Assembly (NCBI GenBank): GCA_963798845.1
Contig: CAWCUS010000001.1
Location: 1-64,000, forward strand
Direction: 5' to 3'
Length of the DNA stretch: 64,000 bases
Origin: an uncultured Gemmatimonadales bacterium
Lineage (GTDB): Bacteria > Gemmatimonadota > Gemmatimonadetes > Longimicrobiales > RSA9
The notes beneath the pieces were generated by a model. That model saw only the letters and a list, made by a program, of their open reading frames with translations. It made no database searches and was not told the origin of the DNA. Positions 18,500 to 29,277 of the stretch are shown piece by piece. Position 1 is the stretch's first letter. Every line of letters starts with the position of its first letter. Made by a program: the position numbers and the translations under genes.

Positions 18500-19618
18500 C
18501 TACTCGCCCGCCGCCTCCCCCAGGATGCTGCGGAACTCCGCGAGCGGCACGGCGCCCTGCACGAGCTGACCGTTCACGAAGAAGGTGGGCGTAGCCGCCA
18601 CCCCGGCCGCGGCGGCGATCTGTTCGACCCTCGCCAGCACGCGCCCCGGCCGGTCCGAGCGGTAGCACGATTCGAACGCGGCGGCGTCGCCTCCCGTGGA
18701 CTTCAGGTACCCGAGGAACACCGGCAGCGGGTCGGACGCGGCCCGCCACTCGGGCTGCCTGCCGAAAAGCTTCATGTGCACCGGCCAGAACACCCCGTCC
18801 CCCTGCTCCGCCGCGCAGATCGCAGCCGCCGACGCTTCCTCCGCGTTCGGGAACTTCCCCAGGATGAACGGGACGTGCACCCAGCGCACCTTCCCCGTCT
18901 CCATGAACTCCGTGTAGAGCTGCGGGAAGATCTCCGTCGAGAAGCGGCGGCAGTACGTGCACCCGTAGTCGCTGAACTCCACCACCGACACCGCCGCATC
19001 CGCCGGCCCGATCACCTGCCCCACTCCCTTCAGGTCGGGCCACGCCGGCGCGCCATGGCGCACCGTCGCCACCTGCCCCGTCGGCTCCCGGCCCGCCTCC
19101 CGCAGCAGCGAATCCACTGCCGCCACAAGCTCCGCCTGGTCGAACACCCCCGTCATCGTCCGACGGATCCGCCCCTTCGCGTCGATCAGGAACGACGTCG
19201 GCAGCGTCTCCACGTTCCCGTACGCCTGCGACGCCAGTCCCGTCGCCCGCGCCACCGGGTACGTGATCCCGCGCTGCCCCAGGAACCAACGGATCTGGGC
19301 GTCATCCAGCTGATAGTCCGTCGACAGCCCCAGCACCGTGAAGCCGTCGTCCCTGCGCGCCTCGTACACCCGCTCGAACCCGGGCATCTCCAGCCGGCAC
19401 GGCGGACACCACGTCGCCCAGAAGTTCAGCAGCACCACCTGCCCCCGCAGCTCCGAGAGCGACACCACCCGCCCGTCATCCAGACGCTGCACGTTGATCT
19501 CGGGCGCCCGCTCCCCCGCCGGCCCCAGCTTCGGCGCCAGCCGGTACGCCGCGAACGTGAGCACGGCCGCCCCGATCACGGTGGCGGCGGCGACCCGAAG
19601 CGTTGTGGAACGGTCCAT
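18500..19618 (-). CDS. Membrane-anchored TlpA-like thioredoxin fused to a DsbA/Thioredoxin_4-like domain
   Basis: N-terminal TM helix, then NFWATWCPPC...LPTS (TlpA), then IGPADAAVSVVEFSDYGCTYC...ATPTFFVNG (DsbA/BdbD-like). Confidence 0.85.
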   Translation of the reverse strand: MDRSTTLRVAAATVIGAAVLTFAAYRLAPKLGPAGERAPEINVQRLDDGRVVSLSELRGQVVLLNFWATWCPPCRLEMPGFERVYEARRDDGFTVLGLSTDYQLDDAQIRWFLGQRGITYPVARATGLASQAYGNVETLPTSFLIDAKGRIRRTMTGVFDQAELVAAVDSLLREAGREPTGQVATVRHGAPAWPDLKGVGQVIGPADAAVSVVEFSDYGCTYCRRFSTEIFPQLYTEFMETGKVRWVHVPFILGKFPNAEEASAAAICAAEQGDGVFWPVHMKLFGRQPEWRAASDPLPVFLGYLKSTGGDAAAFESCYRSDRPGRVLARVEQIAAAAGVAATPTFFVNGQLVQGAVPLAEFRSILGEAAGE

Positions 19619-19744
19619 CACACTCCCCACTATATGTCTTGATACGAATATAGTTGAACAACCCCGCCGGCGGAACCCGGCTGCGGCCACGACCGCCAGC
19701 CTGTCAGAGGGTCGGCCGTGTGACGGGCGTGACTTCCTCCGGCG

Positions 19745-20881
19745 TCAGCAGATCCTCGGCAGCTGCTCTCCCGACAGCATCTCGACCACGCGCATGCCGC
19801 CAATGGGGCTGCGCATGAACACCTTGCCGGGGTGCCCGGCCACGACGGAGCCGATGCGCGCGGCCTGGCGCCCGAGCGGGTCGGCGCGGAGGATCTCCAG
19901 CGCTTCGTCGGCGCGCGACTCGGGAACGAAGGCCACGAGTTTCCCCTCGTTGGCGACGTAGAGCGGGTCGAGGCCGAGGATCTCGCACGCGGCGCGGACG
20001 TCCTCCTCCACGGGGATGGCGGCGGCGTCGAGCTGGATCCCCACGCCCGCGCTGGCGGCGATCTCGTTGACGGCGCTGGCCACGCCGCCGCGCGTCGGGT
20101 CGCGCAGCACGTGGACATCGTTCCCGAGGGCGTCCAGGAGGGCGTGCACCATGCCGACGAGGCACGCGGCGTCGCTGAGCAGGGTGGTCTCGAACTCCAG
20201 GCCCTCGCGCACGCTCATGATGGCGATCCCGTGGGTGCCAATGCTGCCGCTGACGAGGATGGCGTCGCCGGGGCGGGCGCGTGTGGGCGCGATGTCGATG
20301 CCCTTGCCGATGACCCCGACGCCGGACGTGTTGATGAAGACGCCGTCGCCCTTGCCCCGGTCGACCACCTTGGTGTCACCGGTGACGATGGAGACGCCCG
20401 CGGTGGCCGCGGCCTCGCTCATCGAGCGGGCGATGTGCCACAGGTCCTGCATGGGGAAGCCTTCCTCGAGGATGAACCCCGCGGAGAGGGCGAGCGGGCG
20501 GGCTCCGCACATGGCGAGGTCGTTGACGGTGCCGTGGACGGCGAGGGAGCCGATGTCGCCACCCGGGAAGAAGAGCGGGTTGATGACGAAGGTGTCGGTG
20601 GAGAACGCGAGCCGCTCGCCGCCCACCTGGAGCACGGCGCCGTCGTGGAGCGCGGCGAGGGTGTCGTTGCCGAACGCGGGCATGAACACCTGTTCGGTGA
20701 GCATGCGGGAGAACTTCCCGCCGCCGCCGTGGGCCAGAACCACGGTGGGGTACTGGTCGAGGGGGAGCGGGCAGCTCATGGCCGCGAGATCGGCGACGGC
20801 GCCAGCGCCGGCGACCCGGTCCGGCTGGTCGCCGGGCGCTGCGGCGTCGAGCGTCGCGCGGGAATCGGGTATGCTGGCCAT
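19745..20881 (-). CDS. hypE: Hydrogenase maturation carbamoyl dehydratase HypE
   Basis: [44 protein letters not shown] and the C-terminal PRIC. Confidence 0.96.
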   Translation of the reverse strand: MASIPDSRATLDAAAPGDQPDRVAGAGAVADLAAMSCPLPLDQYPTVVLAHGGGGKFSRMLTEQVFMPAFGNDTLAALHDGAVLQVGGERLAFSTDTFVINPLFFPGGDIGSLAVHGTVNDLAMCGARPLALSAGFILEEGFPMQDLWHIARSMSEAAATAGVSIVTGDTKVVDRGKGDGVFINTSGVGVIGKGIDIAPTRARPGDAILVSGSIGTHGIAIMSVREGLEFETTLLSDAACLVGMVHALLDALGNDVHVLRDPTRGGVASAVNEIAASAGVGIQLDAAAIPVEEDVRAACEILGLDPLYVANEGKLVAFVPESRADEALEILRADPLGRQAARIGSVVAGHPGKVFMRSPIGGMRVVEMLSGEQLPRIC

Positions 20882-20883
20882 GT

Positions 20884-22002
20884 TCAGCGCCCCCCCGCGC
20901 CCGGCGCGGCGGGCTCGAGGCCGCGGCCGTAGTGGTAGTATGCGGCGCACGCGCCCTCGGAGCTCACCATGGGCGCGCCCAGCGGGTGCTCGGGCGTGCA
21001 TCGGTGGCCGAACGCCGGGCACTCCGGCGGCTTCTTGATTCCCTGCAGGATGGTTCCGGCGATGCAGTCCGGCGATTCGTCGGCGGAGACGTGCTGGACG
21101 CCGAATCGGCGCTCGGCATCGAAATCGGCGTACTCCGGCCGCAGCGTCAGTCCGCTGGCGGGGATGGAGCCGATCCCCCGCCACTTCCGGTCGGAGACCA
21201 TGAAGACGCGGGTGACCAGGTCCTGCGCGGCACGGTTCCCGTCGCGGTTGACGGCCCGGGCATACTGGTTCTCGACACCCCAGCGGCCGTCCTCGAGCAT
21301 CTCCACGGCCATGAGAGTGCCCTGGAGCAGGTCGGTCGGCTCGAAGCCGGTGACGACGATGGGCACGTGGTACTTCTCGGCCAGCGGCTCGTACTCCCAG
21401 AACCCCATGACCGCGCATACGTGGCCGGCGGCGAGGAACGCCTGGACCCGGTTCTGCTCGGAGGAGAGGATCGCCTCCATGGCGGGCGGAACCAGTACAT
21501 GCGACACCAGCATGGAGAAGTTCTTCAGCCCCAGGCGGTTCGCCTCGAACACCGCCGCCGCGTTGGCGGGCGCGGTAGTCTCGAACCCGACGGCGAAGAA
21601 GACGACCTGGCGGTCGGGCTCCCGCTCGGCGAGCCGCACGGCATCGAGCGGCGAATAGACGATCCGCACGACGGCCCCCTCCGCCTTGGCCGACAGCAGG
21701 TCGCCGCCGGAGCCCGGAACGCGCAGCATGTCGCCGAACGAGGTGAAGGTCACCTCGGGGCGGCGCGCGATCTCGAGCGCGCGGTCGATCATCTCGAGCG
21801 GTGTGACGCACACCGGGCACCCGGGCCCGTGCACGAGCGTGATCTCGGGCGGCAGCATGCGGTCGATCCCGAACTTCACGAACGTGTGGGTCTGGCCGCC
21901 GCAGATCTCCATCACGGACCACGGCCGCGTGACTCGCCGCTGGATCGCCGCCAGCAGGTTCTTCGCGTCCGTCTCGTCCCTGTACTCGTCTACGTATCGC
22001 AT
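20884..22002 (-). CDS. hypD: Hydrogenase maturation protein HypD
   Basis: [23 protein letters not shown] and [11 protein letters not shown]. Confidence 0.96.
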   Translation of the reverse strand: MRYVDEYRDETDAKNLLAAIQRRVTRPWSVMEICGGQTHTFVKFGIDRMLPPEITLVHGPGCPVCVTPLEMIDRALEIARRPEVTFTSFGDMLRVPGSGGDLLSAKAEGAVVRIVYSPLDAVRLAEREPDRQVVFFAVGFETTAPANAAAVFEANRLGLKNFSMLVSHVLVPPAMEAILSSEQNRVQAFLAAGHVCAVMGFWEYEPLAEKYHVPIVVTGFEPTDLLQGTLMAVEMLEDGRWGVENQYARAVNRDGNRAAQDLVTRVFMVSDRKWRGIGSIPASGLTLRPEYADFDAERRFGVQHVSADESPDCIAGTILQGIKKPPECPAFGHRCTPEHPLGAPMVSSEGACAAYYHYGRGLEPAAPGAGGR

Positions 22003-22005
22003 GGC

Positions 22006-22263
22006 TCAGGAAGGCTGGGGAATGTCCAGCTCGCTCAGGTCGTCCATCTCGCGCAGGTACTCCAGCGTCCGCTCCGCCTCGTCCTGGTCCACGACCGCGA
22101 TGGCGAAGCCCACGTGGACCACGACGAAGTCCCCGAGCTTCACTTCCGGCACGTACGCCAGGCATACGTCCTTGGTGATCCCGCCGAAGCTCACCCGCCC
22201 CATGGTCATGCCCAGCGGGTTCTCATCGATGGACACGATCCTGCCCGGAACTCCGAGACACAT
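22006..22263 (-). CDS. hypC: Hydrogenase chaperone HypC
   Basis: MCLGVPG...[12 protein letters not shown], with a GAGGAG RBS. Confidence 0.96.
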   Translation of the reverse strand: MCLGVPGRIVSIDENPLGMTMGRVSFGGITKDVCLAYVPEVKLGDFVVVHVGFAIAVVDQDEAERTLEYLREMDDLSELDIPQPS

Positions 22264-22273
22264 CGGCTCCTCC

Positions 22274-24691
22274 TCAGCTCTCCCGTACAGTGGCGGCCGC
22301 GACCGCCACCTGGCCCAGCGCCAGTCCACCATCGTTGGCGGGCACCCGCCGGTGCAGCAGCGGCCGCAGCCCCCTCCGCTCCAGCGACCGCGCCGCCCGC
22401 TCCGTCAGCACCGCGTTCTGGAAGCACCCGCCCGTGAGGGCGACGCGCGCCTCCCCGACCCGTTCCGCCACCGCCACCAGCGCCGCCACGAGGCCATTGT
22501 GGAACCTCGCCGCGGCCGTGCCCGGGGCCTCGCCGCCGGAGATCGCCTCCAGCAGCGCGTCCAGCGCGGGCGCCCAGTCCACGAGCAGCGGTTCGCCTGC
22601 CCGCTCGACGAGCGCCAGCTCATACGAGCCCACCGCCTCCGGCGACACCGCCCACTCGAGCGCCATCGCCGCCTCTCCCTCGAAGCTCACCCGCTGCCGC
22701 AGCCCGATGAGGGCCGCTACCGCGTCGAACAGCCTGCCCGCGCTGGTGGTCCACGGCGCCCGGAAGCCCGTTTCCAGCACGCGGACGAGCACGTTCAGCT
22801 CGCCGGTGTCCACGGCGGCGCCCGCGGGCGTGCCGAGGAACCGCTCCACGCCGGCCTCCCCCCACGCGGCGTGCGCCAGCGCCAGCGCCATGCGCCGGGG
22901 CTCCTTCACCGCGGCATCGCCGCCGGGAAGGCGGAACGGGCGCAGGTGGGCGACGCGACGGTAGCCTCGCGCGTCGCCCAGCAGGAATTCGCCGCCCCAG
23001 ATCACGCCATCGGGGCCGAGGCCGGTCCCGTCCCAGACCACGCCGAGCGCCGGCCCTGGCTCGTCGTTGTCCGCTAGGCACGACGCCAGGTGCGCGTGGT
23101 GGTGCTGCACGGCCACGCGCGTCACGTCCTCGCCTCCCGCGTCCGCCCCCAGCGCCCACGACGTGGAGCTGTAGTCCGGGTGGAGGTCGTGGGCCACGAC
23201 GGTCGGCGACACCTCGTACAGCCGGAGGAAATCCTGGATCACACGCCGGAACGCCGCTTCCGCCTCGGGCGTCTCCAGGTCGCCAATGTGCTGGCTCAGG
23301 AACACGTCGCGGCCGCGGGCGAGCGCCACGGTGTTCTTGAGGTGTCCGCCCACGGCCAGCACCGGCGGCATCGGCTCCGTCAGCCGCACGGGGAGCGGCG
23401 CGTACCCCCTGGAGCGTCGGAGCAGCCGCGGCGTGCCGGCCATCGGCTGGACCACGCTGTCGTCCACGGCCCGCTCGATCGGACGGTCGTGGAAGAGGAA
23501 GACGTCCGCGATCCCGGCCAACCGCTCCGCCGCCTCGTCATTGTCGATGCAGATCGGCTCGTCGGTCAGGTTCCCGCTCGTCGCCACGATCGGCCGGTCC
23601 AGCTCCCGCATGAGCAGGTGGTGCAGCGGCGTGTACGGCAGCATGATCCCGAGACGCGGGTTCCCGGGTGCAACGCCTCCGGCGATCCCGGAGCCGGGGC
23701 GGTGCGGCAGCAGCACGATGGGCGCTTCCGCCGACGCCAGCAGCGCCGCCGCGTCTTCGTCCACCGCGCACACGCGCCGCGCCATCGCCAGGTCGCGCAC
23801 CATGACCGCCAGCGGCTTCGTCGGCCGGCGCTTCCGCTCCCGGAGCGCGGCCACCGCGGCGTCGTTGCCCGCGTCCACGACCAGGTGAAAGCCGCCCAGC
23901 CCCTTCACCGCCACGATCCTGCCGTCGCACACCGCGTCCGCGACGTCACGGATGGCCGCCGCATCGTCGCCCGGCGAGCCGGCGCCGCTGGCGCCTCCCA
24001 CGCGCAGGTGCGGCCCGCAGGCGGGGCACGCGGTGGGCTGGGCGTGGAAGCGCCGGTCCAGCGGGTCCTCGTACTCCGTCCGGCAATCGGGACAGAGCCG
24101 GAACGCCCGCATGGTGGTGTTCGGGCGATCATAGGGCAGCGCCCGGATGATGCTGAAGCGCGGGCCGCAGTCGGTGCAGTTGGTGAACGGGTACCCCGCG
24201 CGCCGGTCCGAGCCGTTCCCGGGGCGTTCGCGACCGCCCTCGCCGCGATCTCGGGCTCCGGCGGGGCCGACGTCGCCCTCCATGGACCCGTCGTCGCCCT
24301 CGACAGGGCCGGCGTCGAGGCCGATGTCGCGCAGGCAGGCCGGGCAGGTGGCGAGGTCCGGCAGCACCGAGGCCACCCGCTCGCCCCCGGCGTCACTGGG
24401 GAGGATCTCCAGCCCGCTCAGGCCCGCGGCGGGGAGCCACGTCTCGCGCACGTCCGTGACCACGGCCCGCGGAGGAGGCGTGCTGCGGACGCGCGTGGCG
24501 AAGCGGGCCAGCTGCGCGGCGTCGCCTTCCAGCTCCAGCGTGACGCCGTGCGTGTCGTTCCGCATCCACCCCTGGAGCGACAGCTCCTTCGCGGTGCGGT
24601 AGAGGAACGGCCGCATCCCCACCCCCTGCACGGCGCCCGCCATCTCCAGCCGGAGCCGGCGGGTCGCAGAAGCGGCTGCGGGGGTGGACAT
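22274..24691 (-). CDS. hypF: Carbamoyltransferase HypF
   Basis: Acylphosphatase domain (GAVQGVGMRPF), zinc fingers (CPAC/CTDC, CPDC/CPAC), KGLGGFHL, TSGN, QHHHAH and PANDGGLALGQ. Confidence 0.96.
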   Translation of the reverse strand: MSTPAAASATRRLRLEMAGAVQGVGMRPFLYRTAKELSLQGWMRNDTHGVTLELEGDAAQLARFATRVRSTPPPRAVVTDVRETWLPAAGLSGLEILPSDAGGERVASVLPDLATCPACLRDIGLDAGPVEGDDGSMEGDVGPAGARDRGEGGRERPGNGSDRRAGYPFTNCTDCGPRFSIIRALPYDRPNTTMRAFRLCPDCRTEYEDPLDRRFHAQPTACPACGPHLRVGGASGAGSPGDDAAAIRDVADAVCDGRIVAVKGLGGFHLVVDAGNDAAVAALRERKRRPTKPLAVMVRDLAMARRVCAVDEDAAALLASAEAPIVLLPHRPGSGIAGGVAPGNPRLGIMLPYTPLHHLLMRELDRPIVATSGNLTDEPICIDNDEAAERLAGIADVFLFHDRPIERAVDDSVVQPMAGTPRLLRRSRGYAPLPVRLTEPMPPVLAVGGHLKNTVALARGRDVFLSQHIGDLETPEAEAAFRRVIQDFLRLYEVSPTVVAHDLHPDYSSTSWALGADAGGEDVTRVAVQHHHAHLASCLADNDEPGPALGVVWDGTGLGPDGVIWGGEFLLGDARGYRRVAHLRPFRLPGGDAAVKEPRRMALALAHAAWGEAGVERFLGTPAGAAVDTGELNVLVRVLETGFRAPWTTSAGRLFDAVAALIGLRQRVSFEGEAAMALEWAVSPEAVGSYELALVERAGEPLLVDWAPALDALLEAISGGEAPGTAAARFHNGLVAALVAVAERVGEARVALTGGCFQNAVLTERAARSLERRGLRPLLHRRVPANDGGLALGQVAVAAATVRES

Positions 24692-24697
24692 GGGACT

Positions 24698-25369
24698 TCA
24701 GGACGCCGGGGCGGCGGTGGCCACTCCCGCGACGCGGCCGACGAGCCAGCCGATCCACGCGTCCATCCCCTCCCCCGTCCTGCACGACACCCGGAAGATC
24801 GGCGTGTCCGCGTTCACCATCCGGATCCCCCGCTCGTACTCGGCGTGGTCGAACTCGAAAACGTCCGCCAGGTCGTCCTTGTTGAGCACCACCGCGTCCG
24901 CGCCGGTGAACATCCCCGGGTACTTGAACGGCTTGTCGAAACCCTCCGGCACGCTTCCCACCACCAGGTTCAGGTCCTGTCCCAGCTTGTAGTTGGCCGG
25001 GCAGATCAGGTTGCCGACGTTCTCGATGAAGAGCACGTCGATGGCGCCCAGATCCAGGTGAGGCAGCGCCGTCCGCACCATCGGCGCGTCCAGGTGGCAG
25101 TTCCCGCCCGTGTTGATCTGCACCACCGGAATCCCCCGCTCCGCGATCTTGTCCGCGTCAATGCTGCTCGCCACGTCCCCCTCGATCACCCCCGGCCTCA
25201 GATCGGCCGGCAGCCGCTCCGCCGTGGCCAGGATCAGCGACGTCTTTCCCGCCCCCGGCGACGCCATCACGTTCACCACCCGCACGCCCTCCCCGTCGAA
25301 CCGCACCCGGTTCTCCGCCGCCACCTGGTCGTTGGCCTTGAGCACCTCTGTAACCACGTGAACCTTCAT
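24698..25369 (-). CDS. hypB: Hydrogenase nickel incorporation GTPase HypB
   Basis: SPGAGKT, INTGGNCHLDA, ENVGNLICPA, DKPFKYP and NKDDL. The ATG overlaps the hypA stop. Confidence 0.95.
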   Translation of the reverse strand: MKVHVVTEVLKANDQVAAENRVRFDGEGVRVVNVMASPGAGKTSLILATAERLPADLRPGVIEGDVASSIDADKIAERGIPVVQINTGGNCHLDAPMVRTALPHLDLGAIDVLFIENVGNLICPANYKLGQDLNLVVGSVPEGFDKPFKYPGMFTGADAVVLNKDDLADVFEFDHAEYERGIRMVNADTPIFRVSCRTGEGMDAWIGWLVGRVAGVATAAPAS

Positions 25370-25713
25370 TCGGGCACCTCTATGCTGTCCACGTAAAAGC
25401 CCTGGCCCCCCGTCACCGACAGGGCCAGCGATTCGCACACCGGGCACTCCCGCGGCACCGGCGGCGTCACGGGGAAGGTATGGCCGCATGTCGCGCACCG
25501 CCCCTCCGCCGCGTCCCGGCGGAAGTTCAGCAGCGCCCCGGCGGCGGCCGTGTCCCGGCTCATGATGTCGAAGTAGAACTGGATCGAGTCGTCCACGAAG
25601 CTCGTCAGATCCCCCACCACCACGTCGATGGAGAGGATCCGCTCGGCGCCGGCCTTTTGCGCGGCCTCGAGCGCGACGTCCAGCATGCCACGGGTCGCCG
25701 GGAGCTCATGCAT
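25366..25713 (-). CDS. hypA: Hydrogenase nickel metallochaperone HypA
   Basis: MHE start and the CATC...CPVC zinc site. Confidence 0.95.
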   Translation of the reverse strand: MHELPATRGMLDVALEAAQKAGAERILSIDVVVGDLTSFVDDSIQFYFDIMSRDTAAAGALLNFRRDAAEGRCATCGHTFPVTPPVPRECPVCESLALSVTGGQGFYVDSIEVPE

Positions 25714-25779
25714 GAGGAAAGTGTACTACAGGGGCCGGCACCCGGACGATCGGGAAGGACCCGCGTCCGGGCTCCGGAA

Positions 25780-26337
25780 TCACCCGGTCTCGTCGGTGGT
25801 GATTGTTCCCACACCCCGTCGAGGTCGCTCCCACCAGATTTCGGGATCGTGCGGTGCACTGCGGAGCCTGGGCGGGTGGCCGAGCCGCGTCAGCTCCTCG
25901 ACCACCAGGTCCATGACCGCGTACACTGCCGTCCGGAGCGCAGGGCTGAGGCCCACGCCCGTGTCGACGCGATCGGGGACGGTGCCGATGAGCAGGACTT
26001 CGCTCGGGCCGCCGCCCTCGAGGTCGAGGAGCATGAGCGTCTCCTTCACGCCCGGCTGATGGGGGTTGGTACGGATGGGCGCCGGCTGGGAGAGGAGCTC
26101 GTCCTTCCGATACATCCGGATGGTTCCGGGCGGCCCGCCGGCGGAAATGGTGTCGATGACCACGAGGGCTTCCAGCCCCTCGAGGTGTGGGGCGAGGTCG
26201 AGCCCGGGCGTGCCGAGGTCGAGGATGTCCACGTCCCCGGTGTCGTAGCGCGACTGGAACAGTCGGACGACGTAGGGTCCGAAGGCATCATCGCCCAGGA
26301 GCACGTTCCCGAGCCCGACCACCGCCGTTTTCGTCAC
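25780..26337 (-). CDS. hybD: Hydrogenase maturation endopeptidase (HybD/HyaD family)
   Basis: VVGLGNVLLGDDAFG, LDLGTPG and PHQ. The GTG start overlaps the large-subunit stop. Confidence 0.88.
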   Translation of the reverse strand: MTKTAVVGLGNVLLGDDAFGPYVVRLFQSRYDTGDVDILDLGTPGLDLAPHLEGLEALVVIDTISAGGPPGTIRMYRKDELLSQPAPIRTNPHQPGVKETLMLLDLEGGGPSEVLLIGTVPDRVDTGVGLSPALRTAVYAVMDLVVEELTRLGHPPRLRSAPHDPEIWWERPRRGVGTITTDETG

Positions 26338-28046
26338 AGCGAGCAGAACTCCACGGCCATGACGTTGGACAGCTCCCGTCCCTCGGGATCCAGGGTATGG
26401 ATCGCGCAGGCGAGGCACGGGTCGAAGGAGTGAATGGTGCGCAGGATCTCGAGCGGCCGCTCGGTGTCGGCCACGGGGTTCCCGATCAGCGAGGCCTCGT
26501 AGGGGCCCATCTGGTTGCGCTCGTCACGCGGCCCGGCGTTCCAGGTGCTGGGCACGACGGCCTGGTAATTCTTGATGGCCCCGTCCTTCACCACCACGAA
26601 GTGGGCGAGGGCGCCGCGGGGCGCCTCGTGGAAGCCGAAGCCCCGGATCTCCCCCTTCGGGAATTCCGGCTGGTTGAAGATCTCGGTGTCGCCGCTGCCG
26701 ATGTTGTTGGCGAGCAGCTCCCAGTGCTTGTCGGCCAGGTCGGCGATCGTCGCGGCGCGGATGGCGCGCGCGGCGTGACGTCCCAGCGTCGAGTGCATGG
26801 CGGAAAGCCCCAGGCGCGTCCCGGCGATCGACGAAGCCGTGCTCAGCGCGTGATCCGCCCACTTCTTGATCCCGGCGTGGCCGGCCGCGTAGCCCACGAG
26901 CACCTGCGCCAGCGGGCCCACCTGCATCGGCTTGCCATCCCAGCGCGGCGACTTCACCCACGAGTACTTCCCGTTCTCCTGGAAGTCCGTGTAGTGCGGC
27001 ACCGTCTCGCCGTCGTACGGGTGCAGCGTCTTGTTGCCTTCGTACCAGGAATGAGCGACGGACTCCGTGACGCTGTCCTCGAAGTACGAGTCGTTGAAGC
27101 TGCTGATGGGGCGATAGGTGGAGATGTCTCCGCCCATGATCGTCCCGCCCGGGAGATCGAACTGCGTCCCCTTGGTGTCCAGCGGCAGGTCCGGCACCGC
27201 CATGTAGTTGGTCACGCCGGCGCCGTAGCCGAGCCACTCGGGATACATGGCGCCCACCGCGATCACGTCCGGCAGGTAGACCTGCTGAACGAAGGTGCGG
27301 ACCTCGGCCAGCAGCTGCCGGATCCAGTACAGCTTCTCCATGTTGAGCGCGGCCTGGTTGTCCAGGTTGATCGCGTTGGCCACGCCGCCCACTGCCAGGT
27401 TCTGGATGTTCGGCGTCTTGCCGCCGAGCATCGTCACCACCTGGTTCGCCTTGCGCTGGTACTCGAGCGCCTGCAGGTAATGGCTCACCGCCAGCAGGTT
27501 GACTTCCGGCGCCAGGTGCATCGCGGGATGCCCCCAGTAGCCATTGGTGAAGATCCCGAGCTGACCACTGTCCACCAGCCCCTTCACCTTCGCCTTCACC
27601 GCCGTCATCTCCTGGACGCTGTTCTTCGGCCAGGGCGAGATGCTCTGCCCCAGCGCCGCGGCCTTCTTCGGGTCCGCGGACAGCGCCTTCGTCACGTCCA
27701 CCCAGTCCAGCGCGGACAGGTGATAGAAGTGCACGATGTGATCGTGCAGCGCGTGCGCCGTGAGGATCAGGTTGCGGATGTACTGGGCGTTGGCCGGGAT
27801 CTCCAGGTCCAGCGCGTTCTCCACCGCCCGCACGCTCGTGATGGCGTGCACCGTGGTGCAGACGCCGCAGATCCGCTGCGTGAACAGCCACGCCTCTCGC
27901 GGATCGCGTCCCTGGAGGATCACCTCGATCCCCCGCCACATCTGCCCGGACGACCAGGCGTTCTGCACCCGCCCGCCGTCCACTTCCACGTCTACACGCA
28001 GATGACCCTCGATACGAGTGATCGGGTCAACGACTACTCTCGCCAT
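26334..28046 (-). CDS. hybC: [NiFe]-hydrogenase large subunit (Hyd-2/group 1c-like)
   Basis: DPITRIEGHL, L1 motif QRICGVC, L2 motif SFDPCLACAIH and a cleavable C-terminal extension. Confidence 0.93.
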   Translation of the reverse strand: MARVVVDPITRIEGHLRVDVEVDGGRVQNAWSSGQMWRGIEVILQGRDPREAWLFTQRICGVCTTVHAITSVRAVENALDLEIPANAQYIRNLILTAHALHDHIVHFYHLSALDWVDVTKALSADPKKAAALGQSISPWPKNSVQEMTAVKAKVKGLVDSGQLGIFTNGYWGHPAMHLAPEVNLLAVSHYLQALEYQRKANQVVTMLGGKTPNIQNLAVGGVANAINLDNQAALNMEKLYWIRQLLAEVRTFVQQVYLPDVIAVGAMYPEWLGYGAGVTNYMAVPDLPLDTKGTQFDLPGGTIMGGDISTYRPISSFNDSYFEDSVTESVAHSWYEGNKTLHPYDGETVPHYTDFQENGKYSWVKSPRWDGKPMQVGPLAQVLVGYAAGHAGIKKWADHALSTASSIAGTRLGLSAMHSTLGRHAARAIRAATIADLADKHWELLANNIGSGDTEIFNQPEFPKGEIRGFGFHEAPRGALAHFVVVKDGAIKNYQAVVPSTWNAGPRDERNQMGPYEASLIGNPVADTERPLEILRTIHSFDPCLACAIHTLDPEGRELSNVMAVEFCSL

Positions 28047-28056
28047 GTTCTCCTCC

Positions 28057-29277
28057 TCACGAGCGGGCGGGCACGGGACGGGCCGCCGGGGCGGCCGTGC
28101 TCGGCCGTGCCTCGGGCTTCACGCCGCCCACGATGGGGAATTTCTTTACGATCAGGATGTACACCGCGATCTCACCTGCCACGAGCCCGGCCGTCACCAG
28201 GATCTCCCCCACCGACGGGAAGTACCCGAGGGAACCCGGCGCCGGATTGAACGCGATCAGGAAGGTCGAGAACCGGTACAACGCGCCGGCGCCCACGATG
28301 AGCGCGGCTGCGCGGAACAGGCGTCGCCGATCGGGCGACTGGCCGCGACGGGCGAGCATGACCAGCGCGCTCAGCCACATCAGCGTCTCGACCGCGAACA
28401 GGGCGGTCATGCCATTCATCTGCGTCAGCAGCCCCAGCTGGCCGCGGAACGCGAGGTCGCCGAAGCGAAGCACCAGGTAGAGACTCACCAGGACCATGGC
28501 GGCCCGGGTCAGCCCCTTCTGCAGGTGCGTCTCACGTTTCCGATTGAATGCGGAGTGCGTCAGCATCCCTTCCAGCACCACTACGCCATAGCCCATGGCG
28601 ATGCAGGAGAGGAGGAAGAGCAGCGGCAGCAGCGGCGTCTGCCAGAGCGGGTGCACCTTGTTCCCCGCCAGCATCATCAGGCTGCCCAGCGACGACTGGT
28701 GCATCGTGGGCAGCAGCAGCCCGAGGGCGATGATGAAGGGTAGCCCGCGGCGCACCTTGGGCAGCCAGTACGTGGAAGCGCGGGCGAGGAATCCGTCGCC
28801 GTCCTTCCACTTCTCCATCAGGAACGGGCTCACCTCGATCCACAGCACCAGCGTGTACAGCATGATGCAGAGCGCGACTTCCAGCAGGATCGAGTTGAAG
28901 TTCCAGTTCCAGAAGCTGTACGGCAGCTTGTAGACGTTCCACCAGCGGCCGATGTCGATGATCACGCCGACGGCCCCCAGCGTGTAGCCGAGGGCGCTCG
29001 TGACCAGCGCCGGCCGGATCAGCGAGTGGTACTGCCCCTTGTTCAGAAGGAAGACCAGGATCGCCACGGCATACCCGCCCGTGGCCAGCGCCGTCCCCAC
29101 CACCACGTCGAAGGCGATCCACAGCCCCCACGGGTAGCGGTCCGAAAGCGCCGTGACCGGGCCCAGCCCGAAGAAGAAGCGGTACAGGAGGATGGCCGCG
29201 GCCACCAGGAACAGCGCTGTCAGTCCGAGGAACGCCGGGGTCAGGACCTTGCCACCTACCGGCTTCGCGTGGCTCAT
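28057..29277 (-). CDS. hybB: Hydrogenase-2 integral membrane subunit (NrfD/PsrC family)
   Basis: YPWGLWIAFDVVVG, DIGRWWN, NSILLEVALC, PTMHQSSLG and YFPSVGE. Confidence 0.92.
   Translation of the reverse strand: MSHAKPVGGKVLTPAFLGLTALFLVAAAILLYRFFFGLGPVTALSDRYPWGLWIAFDVVVGTALATGGYAVAILVFLLNKGQYHSLIRPALVTSALGYTLGAVGVIIDIGRWWNVYKLPYSFWNWNFNSILLEVALCIMLYTLVLWIEVSPFLMEKWKDGDGFLARASTYWLPKVRRGLPFIIALGLLLPTMHQSSLGSLMMLAGNKVHPLWQTPLLPLLFLLSCIAMGYGVVVLEGMLTHSAFNRKRETHLQKGLTRAAMVLVSLYLVLRFGDLAFRGQLGLLTQMNGMTALFAVETLMWLSALVMLARRGQSPDRRRLFRAAALIVGAGALYRFSTFLIAFNPAPGSLGYFPSVGEILVTAGLVAGEIAVYILIVKKFPIVGGVKPEARPSTAAPAARPVPARS

Noticed and set aside
26334..28046. [NiFeSe] hydrogenase or recoding
   Set aside because: The L2 motif is DPCLAC with ordinary Cys codons and no in-frame TGA.
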